Below are positions 63,998 to 64,000 of a DNA stretch of 64,000 bases, piece by piece. The stretch comes from an uncultured Flavobacteriales bacterium (GTDB lineage Bacteria > Bacteroidota > Bacteroidia > Flavobacteriales_G > Salibacteraceae), in NCBI GenBank assembly GCA_913020435.1, contig CAJVZZ010000001.1, positions 108,105 through 172,104 on the forward strand, given 5' to 3'. The notes beneath the pieces are model-generated. The model made no database searches. It was not told the DNA's origin and was given only the letters and a program-made list of their open reading frames with translations. Every line of letters begins with the position of its first letter. Position 1 is the stretch's first letter. The translations under genes and the position numbers were made by a program.

Positions 63998-64000
63998 TAG

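Noticed and set aside
1-64000. CRISPR arrays, rRNA genes, IS elements or transposases, toxin-antitoxin pairs and known defence systems.
   Set aside because: I saw no regularly spaced direct repeats, no rRNA-like conserved stretches, no DDE, tyrosine or serine recombinase motifs, and no nuclease, helicase or methylase clusters while reading the ORF set and the intergenic regions.

Overview
AT-rich chromosomal segment that looks like Bacteroidota, probably Flavobacteriia. Support: a SusC/SusD pair, four proteins with T9SS C-terminal sorting domains, TAnnTTTG-type promoter boxes and many TTG/GTG starts.

Main feature (about 2.8-29.1 kb): a beta-glucan (laminarin-type) polysaccharide utilisation locus built as two divergent arms around a degenerate-Nudix (NrtR/AraR-like) regulator.
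- Minus arm: susC, susD, PKD lipoprotein, GH16, and a T9SS-exported tandem binding protein.
- Plus arm: 11 genes with spacing from a 4-nt overlap to a 13-nt gap. They are zwf, pgl, edd, eda, a BadF-type sugar kinase, GH17, a sugar-porter MFS, GH16, GH30, a 1143-aa cytoplasmic protein I interpret as a GH149/GH94-clan beta-1,3-glucan phosphorylase, and a GluP-type MFS.
- A phosphoglucomutase gene converges on the 3' end. No GH3 beta-glucosidase is present.
- The locus therefore appears to couple phosphorolytic laminarin breakdown directly to a complete Entner-Doudoroff pathway.

Other content:
- Housekeeping genes: mltG, GNAT, nucleoside phosphorylase, CaCA exchanger, K+ channel, rarA, nhaC, phoH, purC, yggS.
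- tRNA-Arg(TCT) followed by a roughly 5 kb accessory patch. It holds a small T9SS-CTD protein plus a 772-aa glycine-rich fibre-like protein, then decayed ORF fragments.
- A small family of REP-like palindromes.
- A secreted cluster with an MbnP-like protein, a di-haem cytochrome c peroxidase (MbnH/MauG-like) and a T9SS YHYH protein.
- An FGE-fold lipoprotein that lacks the catalytic cysteines, next to a T9SS esterase.

I saw no CRISPR array, rRNA, intact transposase or integrase, or recognisable defence genes. Several short genes look broken by single nonsense or frameshift events, which could be real decay or assembly error. All family assignments come from motifs read by eye and from memory of the families. 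No searches were run.
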